A DNA stretch of 16,580 bases from Candidatus Thorarchaeota archaeon (GTDB lineage Archaea > Asgardarchaeota > Thorarchaeia > Thorarchaeales > Thorarchaeaceae). The position numbers and the translations under genes were made by a program. The notes below the pieces were generated by a model. It was not told the DNA's origin, did no database searches, and saw nothing but the letters and a program-made list of their open reading frames with translations. The stretch lies in contig JBHLRQ010000073.1 in assembly GCA_048882385.1 (NCBI GenBank), positions 1 to 16,580 of the forward strand, given 5' to 3'. Of this stretch, positions 8,122 to 15,777 are shown piece after piece. The first letter of the stretch is position 1. Every line of letters starts with the position of its first letter.

Positions 8122-8175
8122 GAATCAATCACTCTTCTATGACCTTAGCAACAATCATTGATTAGCTTGTTGTTA

Positions 8176-8317
8176 GCCGGTGGATAAATTAGGTTGCTCT
8201 CCACCGGCGGGAGGCCCCAGAGCAACGGTTGAGGCTTGGAGCAGATGTCGTATTCGAGGCTGACACGAAATGATACGTGTCGAGATTCGGTCTGCTCTCT
8301 TCAATATAAGGTCCCCC
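8176..8317 (+). ncRNA. Putative structured non-coding RNA of unrecognised family (H-type pseudoknot plus branched stem-loop)
   Basis: GCCGGTGGA(8176-84)/TCCACCGGC(8200-08) interleaved with GTTGCTCT(8193-8200)/AGAGCAAC(8219-26). Also TTGAGG/CTTCAA, GGAGCAGAT/GTCTGCTCT and TGACACG/CGTGTCG. Strand inferred only from G-U wobbles. Confidence 0.55.
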
Positions 8318-8336
8318 TGATAATTAGAGCCGAAAT

Positions 8337-8657
8337 TCATGCTAGGTATTGACCACATTCATGACATGAAATGGAGCCAGGTTTCAGCTTTGTCCCGCAA
8401 TATGGACATTCTATCCTAGTGGCTTGCTGGTCGAAAGGTTGAGAATCTAGAACAAATCTTCCGGAGGCGTTGATATTCTTGAGTCCTATTGCGTCTGCAT
8501 AGAATTCTGTGAATCCACAATCTGCGCATGTGAAACTCTCTAGTGTTGCAGACGAAAATCCCGGTAAGTCAATTCTAATATGGTGTTGTCCGTAGACTCG
8601 GTGAGGTCCAGCTATTCTGGTTCCTCTACATTTAGGGCATGTTTTTGTACGAATCAT
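8337..8657 (-). CDS. Double zinc-ribbon protein
   Basis: CPKC...CADCGFTEFYA and CPYCG...CHECG. GAGAGGGAG directly upstream of the ATG. Confidence 0.85.
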   Translation of the reverse strand: MIRTKTCPKCRGTRIAGPHRVYGQHHIRIDLPGFSSATLESFTCADCGFTEFYADAIGLKNINASGRFVLDSQPFDQQATRIECPYCGTKLKPGSISCHECGQYLA

Positions 8658-8760
8658 CTCCCTCTCAAAATAGATTTGTGATTGAAACTAGATAATGCTT
8701 TGGTAAAGTTTAGACCCTTTCAATCCAGGTTTTTGATGATATCGAGAAAAATCTGTATAG

Positions 8761-9990
8761 CTATATCTTCATCATGTATGGATTTTCTAGAGTTTCCTTG
8801 AGGGATTGCAAAAACTGTCCTGCTGGTGCACCATCAAGAACTCGATGGTCTACTGCACAGCTTGCCATCATCGTCGAACGTATGACAATTTTATCCTCTA
8901 CTACCACTGGCTTCTTCTTGATTTGCCCTAGAGCAAGGATTGCTGATTCTGGTGGATTGATCACAGGAATGAACAAGTCGACTTTGAACGGTCCTAGATT
9001 AGAAACAGTGAAAGTGCTTCCTGTGAGCTCCTCTGGTTTCAACTCATTAGTCTTGGCCCTTTTACCGAAGTCCTTTGTTTCCATTGCAATCTGAGTGATT
9101 GACTTCTTGTCTGCATTTCTGACGGTGGGTACGATGAGTCCATCCTCTGTGGCCATAGCAACACCAATGTTCACTTCATCAAACATGACAAGGTCATTCC
9201 CAACCAATGTCGCGTTGAACTTGGGGAAGCGTCCAAGTGTGTCTGATACTGCTTTCACAATGATGTCATTAAACGAAATTCTAATACCGTGCTTTTTCTG
9301 AACCTGCTGATTGATCTCATCTCGAAGCTCCACGACTTCTGTCATATCAATCTCAGTAATCATTGTGATGTGAGGATTCTGTGAACTCTGAGTCATTCTT
9401 CTAGCAATGGTTCTTCGTAGTGGCGTCAGAGTCGTTACCTGTTTCACTTTCCGTTCATCTGAAATAGTGATTTGAGGACCACTTTGCACAGCAAGAACAT
9501 CCTTCTCCACTATTCTTCCCCCTTGACCAGTACCAACAACAAGAGAAAGATCAATACCTAACTCCTTTGCTTTCTTCTTGGCTCGTGGAGATGCTTTGAT
9601 TTTTCCGCTGGGTAAGCGAGTTTCAGCAGAAACAGCTTTGCCAACTTCTCGTGCTTTTGGAGTTGTATCAGAAGGTGTAGGTATTGAGAAGGTGGGTGTC
9701 ACACCTGCTGCTTGGTTCAGCTTCCTAGGCATTAAATCAGGGACTTTTTCGCCTTCCTTACCAATATAGGCAATGGGTTCACTGATAGGAATCTCGTCAT
9801 CTACATCGCAGAGTATCTTTAGCAAGACTCCGTCTGCAGGTGACTCCAATTCAAACTCATTCTTCTCACCGAAGATCTCAACAATTGGTTCGCCTTGTTT
9901 TACTTTGTCACCCTCTTTTTTCAACCACTTGAGTATGACACCATACTCCATGGCTACACTCATGCGCTGCATGATCATGGTTGCTACCAT
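8761..9990 (-). CDS. pdhC: 2-oxoacid dehydrogenase E2, dihydrolipoamide acyltransferase
   Basis: Single lipoyl domain (WLKKEGDKVKQGEPIVEIFGEK), peripheral subunit-binding domain (ASPRAKKKAKELGIDL...GTGQGGRI), catalytic DHRVLDG. ATG 9990 follows AGGTGA; the ORF track starts at GTG 9999. Confidence 0.95.
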   Translation of the reverse strand: MVATMIMQRMSVAMEYGVILKWLKKEGDKVKQGEPIVEIFGEKNEFELESPADGVLLKILCDVDDEIPISEPIAYIGKEGEKVPDLMPRKLNQAAGVTPTFSIPTPSDTTPKAREVGKAVSAETRLPSGKIKASPRAKKKAKELGIDLSLVVGTGQGGRIVEKDVLAVQSGPQITISDERKVKQVTTLTPLRRTIARRMTQSSQNPHITMITEIDMTEVVELRDEINQQVQKKHGIRISFNDIIVKAVSDTLGRFPKFNATLVGNDLVMFDEVNIGVAMATEDGLIVPTVRNADKKSITQIAMETKDFGKRAKTNELKPEELTGSTFTVSNLGPFKVDLFIPVINPPESAILALGQIKKKPVVVEDKIVIRSTMMASCAVDHRVLDGAPAGQFLQSLKETLENPYMMKI

Positions 9991-9999
9991 CTGACTCAC

Positions 10000-10974
10000 C
10001 TATACTATTTCACGGATGGCCTGTGCTATGCGTTTGTTGTCTGGAATGAAATACTGTTCAAGTGGTGGACTGAAGGGGACTGGAGTGTCTGGAGCGTTTA
10101 CTCTCTTGATGGGTGCGTCCAACCAGTCAAATGCCTCCTCCTGGACAATGGCTGCAACCTCCGCGGTCGTTGCGCCTGTCTTGGTCTCTTCTGTCACAAG
10201 AACAAGTCTTCCAGTCTTCTTTACTGAGTCTATAAGCGTCTTCGTATCTAAGGGGGCAAGTGTTCTAGGGTCAATGACCTCTACACTGATTCCCTCTTTC
10301 TCAAGCTCTTCTGCTACTTCTAGGGCTTTATGAAGCATAAAGAAGGTTCCCCAGACTGTGACATCTGCACCCTCTCTTCTTACATGAGCCTGACCAAAAG
10401 GTATCGTATAGTCTTCATCAGGAACCTCTTCTTTTCGGTCATAAACCAGTTTATGCTCAAAGAACATGACAGGATCAGGGTCTCTGATTGCTGTCTTTAT
10501 GAGACCTTTAACATCATAGGCAAATGCTGGAACTGCTATTTTCAGTCCCGGAGTGTGCATGAACCATGACTCCAAACTCTGTGAGTGGTGGGAGGCAATG
10601 TTCTTTCCTCCTCCAAAGACACTTCGTAGAACTAGTGGTACTGATGTCTGCCCACCAAACATGTAACGCATTTTCGCTGCCTGATTGCAGACCTGATCCA
10701 TAGCCAAAGTAATGAGGTCCCCAAACATGATTTCTGCTACCGGAATGAGACCTGTTATTGCAGCGCCAACAGCCGCACCTGCAATTGTATTCTCAGAGAT
10801 AGGAGTGTCTCTTACTCTTTCTACACCAAACTCCTCTGCCAAACCTTTTGTAACTTTGAAGGCTCCTCCCCAATTGAGACCGACATCTTCTCCCATGATG
10901 AAGACACGTTCATCGCGCAACATCTCCTCGCGGAGACCAGTTCTGAGGGCTTCTCTGTATGTTATCTCAGGCAT
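10000..10974 (-). CDS. pdhB: 2-oxoacid/acetoin dehydrogenase E1 beta subunit
   Basis: MGEDVG, DTPISE, AEIMFGD, HHSQSLE, FFEHK, EVIDPRTLAPLD. Substrate (pyruvate, acetoin or branched-chain) cannot be resolved from sequence. Confidence 0.95.
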   Translation of the reverse strand: MPEITYREALRTGLREEMLRDERVFIMGEDVGLNWGGAFKVTKGLAEEFGVERVRDTPISENTIAGAAVGAAITGLIPVAEIMFGDLITLAMDQVCNQAAKMRYMFGGQTSVPLVLRSVFGGGKNIASHHSQSLESWFMHTPGLKIAVPAFAYDVKGLIKTAIRDPDPVMFFEHKLVYDRKEEVPDEDYTIPFGQAHVRREGADVTVWGTFFMLHKALEVAEELEKEGISVEVIDPRTLAPLDTKTLIDSVKKTGRLVLVTEETKTGATTAEVAAIVQEEAFDWLDAPIKRVNAPDTPVPFSPPLEQYFIPDNKRIAQAIREIV

Positions 10975-11961
10975 CTAAAGCACCTCCGCAAAGACATCTG
11001 TGAGTGCATCTTCCGGTTTGGGGTACTCTGCTTTCTTGGCAAAGTCGCCGGCTTTCTCAACTGCCTTGGATATTTTGGTATCGATCTTCTCAGCTTCCTT
11101 TTCAGTGAGGGCTCCTCGTTCAATTACAATCTCACGAATTATCCGCACTGCGTCTCTTTCGTCACTCAACCAGTGATTTGCTTCATCTTCGGGTCTGTAT
11201 TTGGCTTGATCAAAACGCGAATGTCCTCTCATTCTGTATGTCTGACACTCTATCAGTGTAGGACCTCCGCCATCGCGAGCACGCTTTACTGCTTCAACAG
11301 TTGCTTCATACACTTCAAGGGCATTATTTCCATCCACAACAACACTAGGAATACAATATCCCTCTGCTCTCTGTGCGATTGTCGCACTCGGACAAGTCAT
11401 TTTGATTGGAGTTCCCATAGCATATAGATTGTTTTCGACAATCCAGATCAGTGGTAGTTTCCAAATAGCTGACATGTTCAGCGATTCTCCGAAGGTCCCG
11501 TTGTTCGATGCACCATCTCCAAAGAAACATGCTACAACATCCTTTGTGCCTCGCATTTGACAAGAAAGAGCTGCACCGACTGCGATTGGAAGACCCGATG
11601 CAACCACACCTGTGGCACCTAACACTCCCACATCAAACTGAGTTATGTGCATTGAACCGCCCTTGCCTTTGCATGATCCACTCTCTTTTCCAAGCAATTC
11701 AGCCAATGCTGCGTTCATATCAGCTCCTTTGGCAATAACATGACCATGTCCTCGATGAGTGCTTTGAATCCAATCAGTCTTCTTAAGAGCTGTAGTTACT
11801 CCGGCCGCTACTGCTTCTTGTCCCAAATATAGGTGAAGTGTGCCTGGTACGAGGTTTTCACCAAAGAGGTCCCATACTTTTTCTTCAAATCTACGTACTT
11901 TCAGGGTTCTTTCAAAGAGCTCCTTCAGTATCTTATTATCAACTGTCATTGTTTCAATCAA
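10975..11961 (-). CDS. pdhA: 2-oxoacid/acetoin dehydrogenase E1 alpha subunit (TPP-dependent)
   Basis: HLYLGQEA, STHRGHGH, GKGGSMH, FFGDGA...ENN TPP motif, TYRMRGHS. ATG 11949 is an alternative start. Confidence 0.95.
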   Translation of the reverse strand: MIETMTVDNKILKELFERTLKVRRFEEKVWDLFGENLVPGTLHLYLGQEAVAAGVTTALKKTDWIQSTHRGHGHVIAKGADMNAALAELLGKESGSCKGKGGSMHITQFDVGVLGATGVVASGLPIAVGAALSCQMRGTKDVVACFFGDGASNNGTFGESLNMSAIWKLPLIWIVENNLYAMGTPIKMTCPSATIAQRAEGYCIPSVVVDGNNALEVYEATVEAVKRARDGGGPTLIECQTYRMRGHSRFDQAKYRPEDEANHWLSDERDAVRIIREIVIERGALTEKEAEKIDTKISKAVEKAGDFAKKAEYPKPEDALTDVFAEVL

Positions 11962-12063
11962 CTACCTAGTCTGACTGAGAGCCTACGGGCGCCTCCTCCA
12001 ACTTTGTCTGATAAAGGCTTCGAAGTGGATTTTTCTGTTTGGTACTTAACTATTGAACTACTA

Positions 12064-12250
12064 TCTGTACATTGAAGAACACTAGTGTACAGAGCTAGAT
12101 TCTGGATTTATGTGTGTTTAGATACACAATGTAATATTAGTACTTTTGTTATTCTGTAAGTGTAGGGATGTGGAATCTCTAAGTTGCGACAAGAAGCAAT
12201 GGAGTGGATTGGATCATCTTCCGCATCCCATTATATTTCTTTTTTACATC
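12064..12250. promoter_or_regulatory. Divergent control region with several inverted repeats and a T-tract
   Basis: TCTGTACATT(12064-73)/AGTGTACAGA(12084-93); TGTGT/ACACA (12111-28); GGGATGTGGAA(12165-75)/TTCCGCATCCC(12219-29) followed by ATTATATTTCTTTTTT. Confidence 0.45.
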
Positions 12251-12322
12251 AATAGGCGGTCCTAAGAGTTCTTATTGTGGTTTGCATAGCCCAACTTGGC
12301 ACATTTCTGGGAGTGTCTTCAG

Positions 12323-12727
12323 ATGAGCTCGGTTGGAGTAAACGCATTGGTCACATCCGGACGCACCCTCAAACAAGGTCGTGGAATGGAAATTGGAAAA
12401 CTCAGTTCAGAGTACTTTGAAGAAGTTTCTGTATGTGAGATGGACAAAGTAACATTTGAGGCCTTAGGAATTGAAGAGGGAGATCCTATCCGGGTTGAAA
12501 CCATTCATGGTAAAGTCGTGGTGAAAAGCAGGTTAGACCGTAGAGCCGAACCCGGTGTTGTATTCATTCCATGCGGGCCCTATGCGAATGCCATCACTGG
12601 AACAGATACAGAAGGTACTGGTATGCCTGATTACAAGAGCATCGAAGCTCAACTCTTTCCAGCAAAAGGCGAACAGGTACTGAGTGTTAAAGAGTTGCTG
12701 ACTAAAATGGTGGAGGAATCTAAATGA
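12323..12727 (+). CDS. fwdD: Formylmethanofuran dehydrogenase subunit D
   Basis: LVTSGRTLKQG, GKL..EYFEEVSVCEM, GVVFIPCGPYAN, TEGTGMPDYK. ATG 12323 after GGGAGTG is preferred to TTG 12296. Confidence 0.93.
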   Translation: MSSVGVNALVTSGRTLKQGRGMEIGKLSSEYFEEVSVCEMDKVTFEALGIEEGDPIRVETIHGKVVVKSRLDRRAEPGVVFIPCGPYANAITGTDTEGTGMPDYKSIEAQLFPAKGEQVLSVKELLTKMVEESK

Positions 12728-14025
12728 GGGATGGCACTTATGACCATATAGTCTGTGTGTTCTGCGGATGTCTTTGTGATGACATACAACTTGAGGTCCA
12801 AGATAATAAGATTACAAGTAACGAGAATGGCTGTGCAATAAGCAAAGCAAAGTTCCTACATCATGCAGAGGACAGATTGGAGGGTCCTGCAATTCGCGAG
12901 AATGGAACCTCAAAAACAGTCACTTTGAAAGAAGCTGTAGCAAAGGCTGTTGATATTATAGCGAATTCAAAACGGTTGCTTGTATATGGTCTAAGTTCTA
13001 CTGAGAATGATGCTCATAGAGAAGCCTACAAGATTGCTGAAGAAGCTGGAGGTGTTGTTGATAATACATCCTCTGTCTGTCACGGTCCAACAATTTTGGG
13101 TACACAAGAATCAGGTGAGGCAGTTGCAGCTCTGGGCGAAGTTCGACATAGATCTGACCTTGTTATCTACTGGGGATCAAATCCTCAGTTTGCACATCCT
13201 CGACATATGAATCTCCACACGAGAGCAGCAGGTGAGTACATTAAAGATCCAAAGAACGAAAGGAAGATTTGGGTCGTTGATATCCGCAAGACAATAAGCG
13301 CTGGAGTTGCTGACAAGTATATTCGCATTGATCCTGGTTCAGACTTGGAGGTCATCTCAGCACTTCGTGCCATTATTAGAGGAAAGATATTAGATGTTGA
13401 AGATGTCGGTGGAGTGTCAATAAAGGAACTCACAGAACTTGCAGAAATTATGAAGAATACGAAATATGGAGTTCTCTTCTTTGGTCTTGGTTTAACACAA
13501 TCCAAGGGTCGGCATCGTAATATCGATGCAGCAATCCGACTCATCCAAGATTTGAATTATCACACAAAATGGAGTATGATGCCAATGAGAGGTCACTATA
13601 ATGTTGCGGGTGCCAACAAAACCTCAACATGGCAGACCGGATACCCATACGCAGTTGACTATGCACGTGGATACCCCAGATATCAACCTGGAGAGTTTAC
13701 TGCGGTCGACATGCTAGCTAGAGGTGAAGCTGATGTTCTTCTGAACATCGCAGCAGATCCAGCAGCTCACTTCCCAAGGGACTCCTTGAAACATATGGGT
13801 AACATTCCAATAATCAATCTGGATCCAAAACAAAACATGACTTCGCTACTTGCTACAGTCAATATACCTACTGCAATAGCAGGTATAGAGTGCGATGGCG
13901 CAGCAGTACGAATGGATGGACTCCCTCTCTACCTCAAGAAGGTGGTGGAACCTCCTGAGGATTTCTTGCCAGACCGAGATGTCCTCAAAATGATATATGA
14001 TGAACTAAGGAGGGTGAAGAAATGA
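12724..14025 (+). CDS. fwdB: Formylmethanofuran dehydrogenase subunit B (W/Mo-pterin)
   Basis: CVFCGCLCDD...C [4Fe-4S] ligands, DNTSSVCHGP (metal-ligand Cys, TGT codon), YWGSNP..AHPRH, PMRGHYNV, WQTGYPYAVD. Confidence 0.96.
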   Translation: MRDGTYDHIVCVFCGCLCDDIQLEVQDNKITSNENGCAISKAKFLHHAEDRLEGPAIRENGTSKTVTLKEAVAKAVDIIANSKRLLVYGLSSTENDAHREAYKIAEEAGGVVDNTSSVCHGPTILGTQESGEAVAALGEVRHRSDLVIYWGSNPQFAHPRHMNLHTRAAGEYIKDPKNERKIWVVDIRKTISAGVADKYIRIDPGSDLEVISALRAIIRGKILDVEDVGGVSIKELTELAEIMKNTKYGVLFFGLGLTQSKGRHRNIDAAIRLIQDLNYHTKWSMMPMRGHYNVAGANKTSTWQTGYPYAVDYARGYPRYQPGEFTAVDMLARGEADVLLNIAADPAAHFPRDSLKHMGNIPIINLDPKQNMTSLLATVNIPTAIAGIECDGAAVRMDGLPLYLKKVVEPPEDFLPDRDVLKMIYDELRRVKK

Positions 14026-15764
14026 GTAAAGACACAATTCTCACAAATGGTAGAGTCTATGACCCAATGCATGGAATTGAAGACGAAGTTATGGATATCT
14101 GTATTTCAGATGGTAAAATTGTCGAGAAAGTTAATGCGTCCGCAAAGAAGATTGACCTCAAGGGCAAGCTTGTGATGGCAGGTGGCGTTGACATGCACTC
14201 CCACATTGTTGGAAGTAAAGTAGGCTTTGGTCGTGCGATGTGCCCAGAAGATCACCGGAAGGATCCTGTTCCAAAGACCAAAGACACACGAGGTGGTGTC
14301 GGCTACACGATGCCCAACTCCTACGTGATTGGATATCGGTACTCGGCAATGGGTTATACAACAGTGATCGAACCTGCGCTCCCCTCCCTAAAGGCACTTG
14401 GTTCTTGGGAGGAAATGGAGGATCTGCATAACCTAACCTCAGGTCTACTTCCTTTATTTTGTAATAGTATGATAACCTTCGACTATGTCAAAAAGGGTGA
14501 CATGAGTGGACTAGCAGCATTCATTGCGTGGACCCTGCGGAGTGTTGGCGGGCTAGGTGTAAAGGTTGTGAATCCTGGAGGTACATATGCTTGGGCACAT
14601 GGTGTAGACCTTCGAGACCCCGACGGCGAGGTGCCAGGTTGGGGCATTACTCCCAAGGAGATTACCCGAGGTCTTTGTCAGGCGGTCGAATCTTTAGGTC
14701 TGCCTCACATGATGCACTTTCATCCGAACAATCTCGGACGCGTTGGAAATGTTGAAACCACCATTGCCCAACTTGATAGCATCAAGGACATCAAGGGACA
14801 CGGAGGTCGTAAGCATATCTGTCATCTGACTCACATGTCCTTCGAAACTCTAAGCAGTGTCGAAGGTGGAGGTACTGAATGGGGTGACATAGAGTCTGGT
14901 GGTCTGAAATTTGCTGAATATATGAACAAAAACAAGCATTTCACAGCAGACATGGGGCAGATCACTTTCGGTCCTGCTACAACAATGACGGGCGACGGTC
15001 CATTTGAATTCTATCTCTACCAATTAACTCAGGGTAAGTGGACAAATATTGCTGTTGATGTAGAACTTCCCGGTGGGGCTGGAATAGTTCCCTATACATA
15101 TAGTCCCAAGGCTGCTGGAAATTCGGTACAATGGGCAATACCTCTGGAGTTTGCACTAAATGTTGATGATGTCTGGCGCTGTATTATCAGCACAGATCAT
15201 CCGAATGCAGGACCATTCACAAAATATCCATTGGTCTTCTCATGGTTAATGAGCAAGAAACAGCGCGACATATGGATGGAGGACATGCACAAGTTTGCGC
15301 ACGAACGTTCAATACTTTCATCAATTGAAAGAGAATGGAGTCTCTATGATGTTGTGATATCCACGCGCGCATCACCTGCTAAGATCTTAGGCATAGAGAA
15401 ATCGAAAGGTCATCTTGGTGTTGGTGCTGATGCTGATGTTTCAGTATACGATGTTGATACGACAAAGGTCGATTTTGCTAAGAATCCCGAGAAGATAATC
15501 AAGACCTTCTCAACATCCTATCTCACCTTCCTTGGAGGAAAACAGGTTGCAAAGAAAGGTAAGGTGAAAGGAACTCCTAACGAGGGAGTTCTGACCATTC
15601 ATCCCAAGCTCAACGAATCTCTGTGGGAACGAATCAACAAAGAGCTTGAGGTGAAGATGAACGCATGGTATTCACACTCCTTCTATAACTATCCAGTACC
15701 AAAAAGATATCGTGAACATCTAGAGAAGAAGACCTTAGTCGATTCAACATCGATACCAGCTTAG
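14022..15764 (+). CDS. fwdA: Formylmethanofuran dehydrogenase subunit A (binuclear amidohydrolase)
   Basis: GGVDMHSH, GYRYSAMGYTT, VKVVNPGG, HFHPNNLG, HLTH, TTMTGDGP, STDHPNAGPF, KGHLGVGADAD. Confidence 0.96.
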   Translation: MSKDTILTNGRVYDPMHGIEDEVMDICISDGKIVEKVNASAKKIDLKGKLVMAGGVDMHSHIVGSKVGFGRAMCPEDHRKDPVPKTKDTRGGVGYTMPNSYVIGYRYSAMGYTTVIEPALPSLKALGSWEEMEDLHNLTSGLLPLFCNSMITFDYVKKGDMSGLAAFIAWTLRSVGGLGVKVVNPGGTYAWAHGVDLRDPDGEVPGWGITPKEITRGLCQAVESLGLPHMMHFHPNNLGRVGNVETTIAQLDSIKDIKGHGGRKHICHLTHMSFETLSSVEGGGTEWGDIESGGLKFAEYMNKNKHFTADMGQITFGPATTMTGDGPFEFYLYQLTQGKWTNIAVDVELPGGAGIVPYTYSPKAAGNSVQWAIPLEFALNVDDVWRCIISTDHPNAGPFTKYPLVFSWLMSKKQRDIWMEDMHKFAHERSILSSIEREWSLYDVVISTRASPAKILGIEKSKGHLGVGADADVSVYDVDTTKVDFAKNPEKIIKTFSTSYLTFLGGKQVAKKGKVKGTPNEGVLTIHPKLNESLWERINKELEVKMNAWYSHSFYNYPVPKRYREHLEKKTLVDSTSIPA

Positions 15765-15777
15765 CAACTAAAGGCTG

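Noticed and set aside
8176-8317. HDV-like ribozyme, SRP RNA or Moco RNA assignment
   Set aside because: No room for the HDV P3/L3 on either strand, no SRP helix-8 motif and too short, and only a short GCCTCCCG match to Moco/glmS sequences.
8301-8339. TGA readthrough of the Zn-ribbon gene with the structured element acting as a SECIS
   Set aside because: Readthrough adds only ISALIIRGTLY before another TGA, gives no redox motif, and no convincing SECIS core was seen.
8173-8358. 61-aa minus-strand ORF across the structured element
   Set aside because: Overlaps the Zn-ribbon gene, has no motif, and the base-pairing pattern explains the region better.
8670-8757. Inverted repeats GATTGAAA/TTTCAATC and TAGATTT/AAATCTG between E2 and the Zn-ribbon gene
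   Set aside because: Short, AT-rich and widely spaced, so compatible with chance.
12165-12230. tRNA-like ends GGGATGT...GCATCCCA
   Set aside because: 66 nt with no T-arm TTCRA consensus and no D arm.
13078-13080. Possible selenocysteine in FwdB
   Set aside because: The metal-ligand codon is TGT (Cys) and the ORF has no in-frame TGA.
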